Notes: generated by a model not told the origin, from the sequence alone. Positions 39,177 to 49,605 are shown, counted from the first letter of the stretch. The stretch: DNA of 64,000 nt from Candidatus Multivoradales bacterium (GCA_965248925.1 CBDFLE010000006.1:4032001-4096000), one strand, 5' to 3'. A program made the numbers and translations.

Positions 39177-39252
39177 GCGATAGTCCGGCGGCATCGGGCG
39201 CTGGGTCGAGCCCGATGCACTGGTGGCGAGAGCCGAGTAGGGCGCAGCAGCC

Positions 39253-39498
39253 CTAGGCTTTCTTGACTAAGCCGACGAGGAAGAGCAGCACCACCGCGCC
39301 GATCAAGGCAGTGAGGATCGAGCCTAGCATTCCGCTGAAGAAGGAGATGCCGAGAGCGCCGAAGATGAAGCCGCCCAGAATGCCACCGAGGATGCCGACA
39401 ACAATGTTGCCGAGCATTCCAAAGCCGCGGCCCTTCATCACCTGGCCGGCAAGAAAGCCGGCGATCGCACCGACGATCAGTTGGTAGAGAATAGTCAT
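39253..39498 (-). CDS. GlsB/YeaQ/YmgE (transglycosylase-associated) stress membrane protein
   Basis: Gly-rich three-TM pattern GAIAGFLAG...GFGMLGNIVVGILGGILGG...IGAVVLL; AAGGAG RBS. Confidence 0.9.
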   Translation of the reverse strand: MTILYQLIVGAIAGFLAGQVMKGRGFGMLGNIVVGILGGILGGFIFGALGISFFSGMLGSILTALIGAVVLLFLVGLVKKA

Positions 39499-39518
39499 CA
39501 AGATCTCCTTGTTGGTTG

Positions 39519-39685
39519 TTCCAGATCATGGCGCCTAAGAGTCGTGGGACCGGGTCCGCAAACCGAGGTCTCAGCTGAGCCTTGATCAGCAGCCCCATTT
39601 CTTCGGGCACATCCCAACCGAGTTGCCGCGGAGGGCACATTCACCTTCAGCTGGTCCCAGAAAGGCGAGACGGCGGATACTGGAA
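39519..39685 (-). ncRNA. Putative structured 5' leader / small RNA upstream of GlsB-family gene
   Basis: Nested complementary segments 39519-24/39680-85, 39532-36/39663-67, 39545-51/39653-59, 39572-78/39647-53; TAAGAT -10-like hexamer at 39697-39702. Confidence 0.3.
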
Positions 39686-39746
39686 GTTGTGGCTGCATCT
39701 TACACCAACCTTTAGGCTCCGGCCTCCGCGGAGTACCGGCGGCGGC

Positions 39747-42161
39747 TCAGGGGCGATCCTGAAGGGGGAACAGTGCTTCCAACCAACGGTCGTTGCGTGA
39801 CTTCCAACTCTCGAATCCGTGGCCGTCTTGAACCTCGCCACCGGCCGGCTGATAGCCGTGCTGGCTAAGTTCTTCGAGCAGCCGACGGTTGCTCTTCACC
39901 AGGCTCCAGCCTTCGCGCTCGGCGCGCAGGTCGAAGCGGCCCCAATCGAGGTAGATCAGCAGCGGAACTTGCTCGGCAGATTGCAGTAGCGAGTTCACGG
40001 CCTGCTCTTGTCGGGTGAGCAAGAAAGTGGATTGTAGGCCGAGTTTGCCGACCAGATGGGGTTGGTTCAGGGTGACGTTGAGGGCCGCGAAAGCGCCGAA
40101 AAAAGAACCGATGTTGGCCCGCTGATCGGCGCTGGGCAGGGTGCGAAAGCGCTGGTCGATCAGTGGCACGATCTGCTCTGCGAACAGTTTCACGTAGGCC
40201 TCGCCGAGCATCTCCCCAAATTGCTCCGGGGCGATCTGCTGAATGTACACCGCAATCAGCGGCTCGACACTCTTGCCAATCAGGTTGTCGAGGCTGTTTT
40301 CGAGCTGTCCCCAGCGCCGCACGGCGCCTCCCCAATGGACGTAGGCTACCGGGTAGCGGCGCCCGTCGTCCTCGTCGTAGCCCGGCGGCAGGTAAATATT
40401 TAGGGAGCGTTTGCCGTCGAAACCCTCGCTTTCTATCTCGATCGTCTCGATCCGGCCACGCGGTCCAGTGGGTTCCTGCAGATGGCTCGGCAGATGCCAA
40501 GCCGGCATGGCGAACCAGGAGTGCTGGCCATCGCGGTAGTGTTCCGTCGTCCGGGGGTTCTTCGGGTCGGGCAGCTGATCTTCGAAATCGCGGATGAAGT
40601 GATAGTTCAGTCGCGCGTCGGTCGGCAAACGGGTGGAGTAGTGAAACAGCTGAGTGCCAGCGACCTGGACCATTGCCTCCTCCAGCCGGTCGCCAATCCA
40701 ATCGCTGGCAATGGCCATATCTTGAGCTTCGCCGTGATAGAGAAAATGTACCTGATTGCCCTCGATCAGCGGCATTTCGGGATGTTGGGCGAAGAAAGCA
40801 GCGATCAGCTCCGTTGGCTCGGTCGCTGTTTCGAGCTTGGCGAGAAAGGCGTCGGTGGCGCCCAGCGCTGCGGCGCGGATTCCTCCCGTCGCCCCCGGGG
40901 GGCTGGCCGGCCGCAGCCGAACTCGGGCTAAGTGGCCCATGCTGCGAGCAAAGATGGCGCCCTCCGCATAGCTCGCTGGCGTCCAGGAATCGTCTTTGAA
41001 GAGTTCCAGGCCAGCGACCTCGCGGTAGCCTTCAGAGCTAGCTTCGGCGACGTGCAGGGAGCCTCTTTTGGTGGTCAGCACCAAGTGGTCGCCGACGCCG
41101 ATGACAAAGCCGTCGCCCGGCTGGCGTGATTTCCAAACCGCCTCACCGCTGGCGGCGTCGACAGCGGTGAGGAAGCGGCTGCTGTAGCCGTAGAGATGCT
41201 CACCGTGGACCACCGGTGTGCTGTAGGTGCCACGGATCGAGCGGCTAGTCCATAGGGTTTCGAGTCGAGGCGTTGCGGGCTGTTGGTTGTCGCCCTGGCC
41301 AAACTGATAAAGCATGCTTTCAGGCCTGGTCGAAGTCATGAACAAGCGCTCTTGGCCCAGCAGCACCGGATTCAGGGTGCTGCCGCCCATCGCCGACTGA
41401 TCGCCGCCGTGTTCCTGCTGCCAGAGGATTGTACCCGTCCGGGCGTCGAGACCAAAAAGCTGAGAGTTGCCAGCCGCCAAGATCTGGCGTTGCCCTCCGA
41501 GTTCGGTGACGATCGGCGATTGGTAGTTGACGCCGTCCTTGCCGACTCTCCAGAGCTCCTTGCCGGTCGCTGGATCGAAACCGCTGATCGCCGTGTCTTC
41601 GCGACCTAGCTGCACGACCAGCACGCCACCGTCGAGCACCGGTGAAGTCGAAAAGCCATAGTGAGGCTTGGTCGCTCCGAGGTCTTCGACCACATTTTGC
41701 GACCAGATCAGCTGGCCGTCGGCCAACGATAGAGCCACCAGCTGGCCCCGCGGGGCCAGGGCAAACACCCGCCCAGCGGCGAGCAAGGGGGTCGAAATCG
41801 GGCCGTCGTGCGAACCATCATGGCCGACATAGGTGGGACCGATGGTGTGGCGCCACAGCTCGTGTCCGTCGCTGCTGGCGAAGGCCGCGAGATGATCTTG
41901 CTGGCCGTCCGAGAACATCGTCACCGCTTTGCCATCGGCGATCGAGACACTCGAGTAGCCAGGGCCGATGGCGGTCATCCAAACGACTTCCAGGGTCGTC
42001 GCGCCGGCCACTTCAAGGGATGTCGGGACCTTGCCCGAGTAGTTTGGACCGCGCCAGCCTGGCCAATCGTCAGCGGTCGCTGGGAGGACTGTCGAAATGC
42101 AGATAGATAGAGCTGCCCAACAGGGCAGGAAGGTGCAGCGGCGACGGGCGAGTAACAACAT
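39747..42161 (-). CDS. PQQ-like beta-propeller protein fused to Fes-like alpha/beta esterase domain
   Basis: DWPGWRGP N-terminus and repeated G..LW blades; IYLPPGY, NSLDNLIG, IVPLIDQRFRT, GH..ESW esterase motifs. Confidence 0.8.
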   Translation of the reverse strand: MLLLARRRCTFLPCWAALSICISTVLPATADDWPGWRGPNYSGKVPTSLEVAGATTLEVVWMTAIGPGYSSVSIADGKAVTMFSDGQQDHLAAFASSDGHELWRHTIGPTYVGHDGSHDGPISTPLLAAGRVFALAPRGQLVALSLADGQLIWSQNVVEDLGATKPHYGFSTSPVLDGGVLVVQLGREDTAISGFDPATGKELWRVGKDGVNYQSPIVTELGGQRQILAAGNSQLFGLDARTGTILWQQEHGGDQSAMGGSTLNPVLLGQERLFMTSTRPESMLYQFGQGDNQQPATPRLETLWTSRSIRGTYSTPVVHGEHLYGYSSRFLTAVDAASGEAVWKSRQPGDGFVIGVGDHLVLTTKRGSLHVAEASSEGYREVAGLELFKDDSWTPASYAEGAIFARSMGHLARVRLRPASPPGATGGIRAAALGATDAFLAKLETATEPTELIAAFFAQHPEMPLIEGNQVHFLYHGEAQDMAIASDWIGDRLEEAMVQVAGTQLFHYSTRLPTDARLNYHFIRDFEDQLPDPKNPRTTEHYRDGQHSWFAMPAWHLPSHLQEPTGPRGRIETIEIESEGFDGKRSLNIYLPPGYDEDDGRRYPVAYVHWGGAVRRWGQLENSLDNLIGKSVEPLIAVYIQQIAPEQFGEMLGEAYVKLFAEQIVPLIDQRFRTLPSADQRANIGSFFGAFAALNVTLNQPHLVGKLGLQSTFLLTRQEQAVNSLLQSAEQVPLLIYLDWGRFDLRAEREGWSLVKSNRRLLEELSQHGYQPAGGEVQDGHGFESWKSRNDRWLEALFPLQDRP

Positions 42162-42245
42162 TTTTAGACCTCTACGGAATGAGCGGGCTAGTGCTTCTCA
42201 AGATTGGGCGTGCTGAATAGCTACGCCGTCGAGAGCTGAAAAATC

Positions 42246-44798
42246 CTAACGCCCACCGGCGAGCAAATTGGCGAATAGCCGATAGGCGCCGGGTACTCCA
42301 GCGGGCAGCTGGCGAAAGAACGAGTAGCCGGTGTAGATGAAGACCCCTTCGCCGTGGCGAGCCCACAGCAGGCCCCCAATGAGCGGCTCTTCCCCGGGAT
42401 CAGCAGAGGCCAGTAGCGGCTGGTAGCGGCGATCCCATTCGCCGGGGAAGTAGAGGCCGCGTTCCTGCACCCAATGGGCGAAATCCTCGGCGGTAATTCG
42501 GTTCGGGGAGTTCAGCAGGGGGTGTTGCGGGCTGAGCAAAGTGACCGGAGCTTCTTCCACCGTCACCCGATCGCGGGACAAGCGCAAGGGGAAGGGGCCG
42601 AGTTCTTCGGTGACCAGACCGTGGGCGGTGTTGTACTGCATCACCAACACCCCGCCACTCGCTACCCAGTCGAGCAGTCGCTGCTGTAGAGCCTTTAGCC
42701 GCGGTCTGGTGTTGTAGGCTCGCACCCCGGTTACCACGGCATCGAAGCGGTCGAGATCGTTGCTTGCCAGATCTTCGTCGCTCAGCAAGGTGATGCGGTA
42801 CCCGAGTTGTTCAAGGGCGGCGGGAACCTCGTCGCCAGGCCCCATCACGTAGCCGATCTCACGACCGCCGATCTCGATTTCTAGCGGCACCAGCTGGGCG
42901 GCTGCCTGGCGCAGCACGCTCTGGGGCGGAATGTGCGGGTAGTCGATTTCTAGGCGCTGGCGGTGGTAGCCGCGGCCAGCGCTTTCGGCAATAGCGCTAA
43001 GTTGGCCCGGCTCCGCAGCGGCAGTGGCGATGAGGCTGAAAGTGAAACGGCTCTCACCGCCATCCGTGGCGAGTGTAAATGGCACCTTCGTCGGCTCGAT
43101 CCGCCAGCCTGGCGGCGTGGTCAGTCGTAGCTGGCCGGATTGCGCACGAGCGGTGCCGGCGTTCAAAGTCACTTGCACCTCTCGCGGCTGAGAGTCGGCG
43201 GCGATGAGAATCGTCGGCTCGACCCGCAGTGAGATCTTCGGTACGACCTGTAGCGGGCGCTCGAGTTCGCCAATCGCCGGATCGACCCAGCGATGCTTGA
43301 TCGGAGTCACCAGACTCAATAGCTGGCCGGCGATCTTCAGCGACCAGGTGGCACTCAGCTCAAGCGGATTCTCGGCCCGACCTCGCAAGGCCAGAGAGGG
43401 TACTGAGAAGAGGGCGCCGTCGGCGGGCTGGCGCAGCCAATAGGGCTCGCTGGCCGGGGTGTTTGGCGACAGCTGCAGGGTCAGTTTCTCAACCAGTGGC
43501 CGATTCTCTTGCAGGTGGCGGCCGGCGAAAGCGGCGACCGGCCCGGTCGGCATTTCTAGGGCGACGATTTCGAACTCGAGCGGGCTGCGGGCTAGGGCGG
43601 TGATGGTCAGCTCAACCGCCTCGCCTTTGGCCACCGTCGGGGCAGCTGCCTTGACGTCGAGCCACAGACCGCTGGCGGCGGCGATCACCGCCGTCAGTCG
43701 CTGCTGCTTGTAGCGTGCCCAAGGGTGGTCGAGTTGGGCTAGCTCGGCCGCCGCGTCAAGCAGCTGCGGCACCACGACAGAGGGTTGGTGAGGATCAAAG
43801 GCAGCTCGCGCCGCGGCCAGTCGTCGCCCCACCTCGGCGCCGCGCGGAATGCGTGCCCAGCTGGTGTCGATGCCTTGCAGCAGATCGCTCTCGGCCTGCT
43901 CGCCGGCACGGTGTTCCAGAGCCTCGGAGTGGCGACCGCGTTGCGCGGCGGTGCCGAACCCCTGGCTCTTGTGCTGGCTGCGGCTGGCGGCCGCAAGTTC
44001 GCCCAGTGAGCGGCCGAGCAGGGGGCTGTAGCCACCGACGTCGACTTCGAAGGTGCGGGTTTCATCCACCGGCTCGTCACGACCAAGAGCGCCGCGCCAG
44101 TTGTTCCACAGCAGACGCTTGGCCTGCCAGGGCTCGACATGGGCCATTTGATCAGTGAAGCGGTTGGCGTCGGCGGCGGCATCAAAGGCCTCGGCAGCCA
44201 GCTGTGCCGAGGCGGTGTGTTGGCCATGGCGGCCGCGGCCGTCTCCCGGAAAGCGGGTGATCACCACGTCGGGCCGAAAATTTCGCAGCACCCACACCAC
44301 GTCTTCGAGCAGCGCTTCACGATCCCAAGCGGTGAAGGCTTCGGCGGCCGACTTGGAGTAGCCGTAGTCGATAGCGCGGGTGAAGAACTGCTCGGCGCCA
44401 TCGAGACGTCGGGCGGCCAGTAGCTCCTGGGTGCGAATCACCCCCAGCGCGGCTCCCTTCTCGGCGCCGATCAGATTCTGGCCGCCGTCACCGCGAGTCA
44501 GCGACAGGTAACCGGTGCGCAGATGCTGGCCACGAGCCAGCCAGGCCAGAAGGGCGGTGTTCTCGTCGTCCGGGTGAGCGGCGATGTAGAGCACGCTGCC
44601 GAGCACCTGCAGCTGGTCGAGCGCCAGCTGCAATTCGCCGCTTGACAGCTGTGGGGTGGAGGCTAGACCCGGGCCGAGATCGGCTGCCGCGGCTACCGGG
44701 ACCAGCCCCACGGCAACAGCGGCTATCGCCAGCCAGCAGAAGGCGACCGGGTACCGCGACCAGTGGCAGCTTCGAGCAAGGAATTGAGGGCAGAACAT
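42246..44798 (-). CDS. Secreted PIG-L/LmbE-family deacetylase with NEW3-like and GATase-like C-terminal domains (start uncertain)
   Basis: AAHPDDEN, LTRGDGGQNLIG, RTQELLAARRLDG, HGQH, SRSQHKSQGFG, WVQERGLYF, FFRQLPAGVPGAYRLFAN. Confidence 0.88.
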   Translation of the reverse strand: MFCPQFLARSCHWSRYPVAFCWLAIAAVAVGLVPVAAAADLGPGLASTPQLSSGELQLALDQLQVLGSVLYIAAHPDDENTALLAWLARGQHLRTGYLSLTRGDGGQNLIGAEKGAALGVIRTQELLAARRLDGAEQFFTRAIDYGYSKSAAEAFTAWDREALLEDVVWVLRNFRPDVVITRFPGDGRGRHGQHTASAQLAAEAFDAAADANRFTDQMAHVEPWQAKRLLWNNWRGALGRDEPVDETRTFEVDVGGYSPLLGRSLGELAAASRSQHKSQGFGTAAQRGRHSEALEHRAGEQAESDLLQGIDTSWARIPRGAEVGRRLAAARAAFDPHQPSVVVPQLLDAAAELAQLDHPWARYKQQRLTAVIAAASGLWLDVKAAAPTVAKGEAVELTITALARSPLEFEIVALEMPTGPVAAFAGRHLQENRPLVEKLTLQLSPNTPASEPYWLRQPADGALFSVPSLALRGRAENPLELSATWSLKIAGQLLSLVTPIKHRWVDPAIGELERPLQVVPKISLRVEPTILIAADSQPREVQVTLNAGTARAQSGQLRLTTPPGWRIEPTKVPFTLATDGGESRFTFSLIATAAAEPGQLSAIAESAGRGYHRQRLEIDYPHIPPQSVLRQAAAQLVPLEIEIGGREIGYVMGPGDEVPAALEQLGYRITLLSDEDLASNDLDRFDAVVTGVRAYNTRPRLKALQQRLLDWVASGGVLVMQYNTAHGLVTEELGPFPLRLSRDRVTVEEAPVTLLSPQHPLLNSPNRITAEDFAHWVQERGLYFPGEWDRRYQPLLASADPGEEPLIGGLLWARHGEGVFIYTGYSFFRQLPAGVPGAYRLFANLLAGGR

Positions 44799-44818
44799 CA
44801 GGATTTGGTGCACCGCAC

Positions 44819-45286
44819 CTAACGGAAGTAGCGCCAGCCCGCGAGGACTTGCCCTTCGCTCAAGAGCACTTCGTTGCCCACCACCTGATGCTGCAGCGGT
44901 ACTGGCTTGCAGCCGCCGCCGCCAGCGTTGATCGAGGTGAGTTCGAACGATTTGTCGCATTTGCGGCAAGTCAGCCAGCCATCGGCAGCGCTATAGCCCC
45001 GCTTCAGCTTGTAGCACTGTTCGTTGGCGTCGAAGCCGACTTGGATTTGACTCTCAATGTCGCGCCCAATGAAGAACTTGATCTCCTGATTGCCGGTGTT
45101 CAGGAAGCGGAAGAACCGTACCTGCTCAGTCTCAAGGTCGCTGATGTCTATGCGCAGGGAGCCATCGGGTTGCGGAGAGACCTGTTCATAGGAACCGTAG
45201 CTGAAGCCGCCTTCGAGGGCGAAATCAGCCGCCAGCACACCAGCGGCAAAGACCAAGACGAGGGCGAAAGCATGGATAGGTTTCAT
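44819..45286 (-). CDS. DUF2318-like (predicted Fe-S/metal-binding) exported protein
   Basis: Signal peptide; FDANEQCY...GY...LTCRKC...F...GGCKPVPL. Confidence 0.7.
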   Translation of the reverse strand: MKPIHAFALVLVFAAGVLAADFALEGGFSYGSYEQVSPQPDGSLRIDISDLETEQVRFFRFLNTGNQEIKFFIGRDIESQIQVGFDANEQCYKLKRGYSAADGWLTCRKCDKSFELTSINAGGGGCKPVPLQHQVVGNEVLLSEGQVLAGWRYFR

Positions 45287-45601
45287 CTCTAGGGACCTCG
45301 CGGAAGAAGCCAAGCCTAGCACAGGGTGGTGGGGGAGGAGGTGGCCAGTCCGTCGCTCCCAGCGTCGACCAGGGCTGCTACATACCGGAGAGGCGGGTGA
45401 CGAGGAAAGCCACTTGGCGATAAAGACCTACAACCTGAAGCGACCGACTGCGCTCAAGGTTGGGAGCCAGACTGCCGTTCCGCAGCTTATTGGCAATGGC
45501 GTCCGCTGAATTCGGGCGTTCGCTGAATTCGCCTCGATTAGCCACCAGGGTCTGAGCTGATGTGCATCTTCTGAAACCTCGGTGCGGAAGAGTATAGGAT
45601 A

Positions 45602-46034
45602 TCAGGTGCGAATGTCAACGTGTCGTGCTTGCGCATTCTCTTGCCAAACTCGTTTCAACTGATGCGAGGCGACAGTCTGGGAGAGTCGTAGGGCATAGGG
45701 GTGGTCCGCTTTCCATGTCGCATTTTGGATAGTGTACTCATAACCTGGCCAACCGTGGTTTGACTGAGTGTCTTTCAGGCTATCTCTATGCCCTCTTCCT
45801 ATGGTGTCACACGAGAACTTGCCCGCCTTTGGTTCGAAGAACACTCGGAAAGTGAATTTGTCGATTTTTCCGTCAGCTGCGTAATGAAGGGAGAACTCTT
45901 CCCAACTGTTGAGGAGCTTGGAGTGCATGCCTGGCCAGGTATGAGTCAAACTGATTGCTCTAGTTTCTCCCGGTTCCATTCTTGGAAGAAAAAACAACGT
46001 GACCTTTTTGAACAGAGGTTGATCTTCCACAGGG
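45602..46034 (-). pseudogene. 3' remnant of a low-GC hypothetical gene truncated by ISL3
   Basis: Open frame PVEDQPLFKKVTLFFLPRMEPGETRAISLTHTWPG...stop 45602, visibly AT-richer than flanks, abuts the IS left end with no start codon. Confidence 0.55.
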
Positions 46035-47145
46035 GGCGCTACCGTATCTTGTGTGGGCCATGGACCAGCGGATAGGCTGTCTGGATGCGAGACAAAGACC
46101 TGTACGCGAAGATCCTGGGCATCGAATCGCCGTGGCGTGTCACTGAAGTAGACCTGGCCTTGGAAGAGGGTGAAGTCTTGGTGCATCTGATCAACGGCGA
46201 GAAGCGCCCACCCTGTCCTGAATGCGGCAGGCCGTGCAGCGGCGACGACGCCCGCTCCCGTCGCTGGCGGCATCTGGATACCTGCCAGTACCCCCGAGCA
46301 GTAGCCAGAGGTCTGGCTCGGCGAGAGCGCAAACTCCCTCAGCGTCTCGGTGTGGATGAGACCTCCTTCCAGAAGCTCCATGAATACGTGACCGTGGTCT
46401 GTGACCAGCAGCAGGGTGTCGTCATTCATGTGGCCGACGGTCGGGGCCGAGACTGCCTCGACGACTTCTACAAAGCATTCGACGAAGAGGACAGAGAGGC
46501 CGTCGAGTCCGTCTCGATGGACATGTGGCCAGCGTACATCGGCTCGACCGAGCAGTACATTCCTGGGGCCGAGAAGAAGATCGCCTTCGACAAGTTCCAT
46601 GTGGCCCAGCACCTGTCCAAGGCGGTGGACAAGATCCGCCGACAGGAGAACAAGATTCTCATCAACCAAGGTGATGAGTTCCTGAAGGGCAGCAAGTACC
46701 TCTGGCTCCAGAACCCTGGAAACATGAGCGCTGAGCGCTGGGCGGGATTCGAGGAGCTGCGCGAAAGCAGCCTCAAGACCGCCCGCGCATGGGCGATCAA
46801 AGAACTCGCGTTGAGTCTGTGGCACTACACCTACCGAGGCAATGCTCGCAAAGCCTGGAACAAGAGGTACGCCTGGGCGATCCGCTCCCAGCTTGAACCC
46901 ATCAAGAAGGTTGCCAGGATGGTAAAACGCCACCTGGAGGGTATCCTCACCGCCATTGTCCAATACGTCACGAATGCTCGTTCCGAGGGAATCAATGCGA
47001 AGATCCAGTGGGTCAAGTACACGGCCAGGGGATTCCGTAACCGGGAGCGCTTTCGTAACGCGATCTACTTCCATCTCGGGGGTCTTGATCTCTACCCGGA
47101 AAGCCTCGGGCGGTGAACGCTACCCACACAAAGTGTTGTTGCGCC
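46035..47145 (+). mobile_element. ISL3-family insertion sequence, internally deleted
   Basis: Imperfect 23-bp terminal IRs GGCGCTACCGTATCTTGTGTGGG (46035) / CCCACACAAAGTGTTGTTGCGCC (47123-47145); no target duplication visible. Confidence 0.9.
46085..47116 (+). pseudogene. ISL3 transposase with in-frame internal deletion
   Basis: CPECG, RRWRHLD, LGVDET, SMDMW, FDKFHV, TNARSEGINAKIQ, ARGFRN; RHLDTCQY joins directly to PRAVARGL, skipping the usual Zn-finger/HTH segment. Confidence 0.8.
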
Positions 47146-48319
47146 ACTGGATCTATGAGTGTGCTCATGAGGATCGGACCGAGATTCATCCACCGGTGAT
47201 GGTTGCCTCCCAACGGCCGCGCCCGGTGAAGATCGCGGAGTCTCTCAACCTCGGCTCGAACGTCTGGGTGCCCGGCATTGTCACCCATCTGTGGGTCAAC
47301 AACGAAGGTGGTGCGGTGACCAATTCTTGTGCCGATACTGATCTCCACCAACCCTTTTCCCAGCGGCCGGTGCCGCTGAAGCCGCTCTGCGTACCGCCGC
47401 GGATCTTTCCCTTGCCCGCTACCAACCCGATCAGAAAACGCCACTAGTTCGACATCCACCTGCCACGCAACCCGCGAGAGCTGCTGGCTCCCTACAAGGA
47501 TGTGCCAGCCGCACCGCTGCATCTGGAGATCCTCGATCCGCGCAATGTTGGCGGGCCGAGTCCAACGATCACTCAGGATCCGCTGAACCCCAGCCTGCTG
47601 CACGTTTCCGTAGACCTCACTTTTTTCACCAGCGACGTTTACTCACGGAAGATCTATGCCGCCTGGGCGCTGCCTTCACCAGACAACTGGGGGCTCAGCG
47701 AGTGGCGGTTAGCGGTCAATAAACTCGATGTTCACAACGACGGCGACCGGATTGGGGGTGGTCCGACAACACTGGCGACGTGTTGTTGGAGTTGCCTCAG
47801 GAAACTACAATCGGTCGAGAAAAGAGCACTTGCAAAAGTGGTACCCTGTCGGGCTGTGCCAGCTACACTCTGCACTATCAGGTGTCGCAGGTGGCGGCCA
47901 AGGTTACCCCGACTCTCAGCCAAGCCGGCCTCGACCTCTACGACGAATATGTCGTCACCTACGAGCAGGTAGGCGACCAAGTCGAGGTCCCGGACCCTTT
48001 CCAGGATTGGGGTACGCCTGGCGACATCTTCGTCAAACAGGGAGAACCGCCGGTGGTGCTCGACCTCGAAGACTTCGACCCGCAGCAGGGTCCAGAACCC
48101 AACAACCTCTTCGAGATGTCAGAGGAAGAGCTGGCCGAGATGATCGCCCTCGCCAGCGAGGAGGATCCGGAGGGCCTCGACAGCTGGCTGACGGCCGTGC
48201 GCGAGAATGCCCTCGAAGCCCTCGGCTCACCACGCGAAGAAGAAAGTGCGGATAAATCTGGCGGAACTCAAAGCGTCTTTCCCGAGCAACTACTGGGAGC
48301 AATACTTCGGCGATTTTGA
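47146..48319 (+). pseudogene. Fragmented hypothetical gene truncated at 5' end by ISL3
   Basis: Consecutive open segments in different frames (HWIYECAHEDRTEIHPP..., PLHLEILDP..., YTLHYQV...acidic tail) separated by stops or frameshifts. Confidence 0.55.
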
Positions 48320-48375
48320 GATTCCAGACCTCTGACACGAGTCGTGAATCGGCGTTGGCTGGCGCAGGCTGTTGG

Positions 48376-49605
48376 CTAGAACGACAGCAGCAGGCTAGTC
48401 AGCGCCGCGCTCATCAGATTTGACAGGGTGCCGACCAGGATCGCCTTCAGCCCGAGCTGGGCGATCTCGTGTTTGCGCCTCGGCACGATGCTGCCGACCC
48501 CACCCATCATGATGGCCAGCGCGGTCAAGTTGGCAAAGCCGCAGAGGGCGACGGTGATCACCGCCTGGCTGTGGCTGCTCAGGCTGGCTTTGGCATCGAC
48601 AAAGTTGATGTAAGCGACGAATTCATTGAGGATGGTTTTCTGTCCCACCAGATTGCCAGCGATCTGGCAATCTTCCCAGGGGATTCCGAGCACCCACATC
48701 AGCGGTGCGAAGATCACTCCGAGGATTTTCTCGAGCGTAAGATCCGGGGTTCCGAAAACCCCACCGATGCCACCGACAATGCCATTGGTGAGGGCGAACA
48801 GGGCGACGATGGCGACCAGCATGGCGCCCACGTTGAGGGCTATTTTGAGCCCGGTGGCGGCGCCGTCGGTGGCCGCCTCGATGATGTTCACCGGCGGATT
48901 TTCATCGTCGAAGCTGCGGGCATCGAGCAGCTCGCCGGGTTGGCGCGAATCGTCGGATGTGTCGGGGATCAGGATCTTCGACATCAGCAAGCCACCCGGT
49001 GCGGCCATGAAAGAGGCGGCGATCAAGTAGCCGAGATCCATGCCGAGCTGGGCATAGGCGAGCAGAATAGCTCCCGAAACCGAGGCCAGCCCGCCGCCGA
49101 GTACGGCGAAGAATTGCGAGCGGCTCAATGAGGTGAGGTAAGGCCGCACCACCAGCGGCGCCTCGATCATGCCGACGAAGATGTTGGCGGCGGCGCAGAA
49201 AGATTCCACCTGAGTAACGCCGACGATCTTGCGGATGGCACCGCCGAGCAGCCGGATCACCCACTGCATCACCCGTAGGTAGTAGAGCACCGAGATCAGG
49301 GCTGAGGCGAAGACGATCACCGGTAGCACTCGGATCGCCACCACGAAACCAAACTCCTCCACTGAAGCCAGCCGACCGAAGACGAATTCCGTACCCACAT
49401 CGGCAAAAGCCACCACCCGCTGCACCCCATCGGCCGCGGCCTGCAAGATGCGCCGTCCCAGCGGCACGTAGAGCACCAACACCGCGATGGCCGCTTGCAG
49501 GCCGAAAGCGCTCAGCACCACCCGCGGCCGGATCGCCCGGCGGTTCTCCGAGCACAGGATGGCGATGGCCAGGAGGACGAGAATTCCCAGAGGGGCGGCG
49601 TTCAT
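48376..49605 (-). CDS. NupC/CNT-family nucleoside transporter
   Basis: SENRRAI, LISVLYYL, ESFCAAANIFVG, ASFMAAPGGLL, NEFVAY, ALCGFAN. Confidence 0.93.
   Translation of the reverse strand: MNAAPLGILVLLAIAILCSENRRAIRPRVVLSAFGLQAAIAVLVLYVPLGRRILQAAADGVQRVVAFADVGTEFVFGRLASVEEFGFVVAIRVLPVIVFASALISVLYYLRVMQWVIRLLGGAIRKIVGVTQVESFCAAANIFVGMIEAPLVVRPYLTSLSRSQFFAVLGGGLASVSGAILLAYAQLGMDLGYLIAASFMAAPGGLLMSKILIPDTSDDSRQPGELLDARSFDDENPPVNIIEAATDGAATGLKIALNVGAMLVAIVALFALTNGIVGGIGGVFGTPDLTLEKILGVIFAPLMWVLGIPWEDCQIAGNLVGQKTILNEFVAYINFVDAKASLSSHSQAVITVALCGFANLTALAIMMGGVGSIVPRRKHEIAQLGLKAILVGTLSNLMSAALTSLLLSF

Noticed and set aside
39545-39659. Assignment as glycine or c-di-AMP riboswitch, 6S or SRP RNA
   Set aside because: Only fragments of each consensus are present; kept as an unclassified structured leader.
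45380-45450. HLAIKTYNLKR resembling an IS5/IS1182 transposase C-terminus
   Set aside because: Too short and lacking IRs or other motifs to support a call.
45602-47074. 490-aa minus-strand ORF
   Set aside because: Chimera of the transposase antisense frame and the truncated low-GC gene; not a real single gene.
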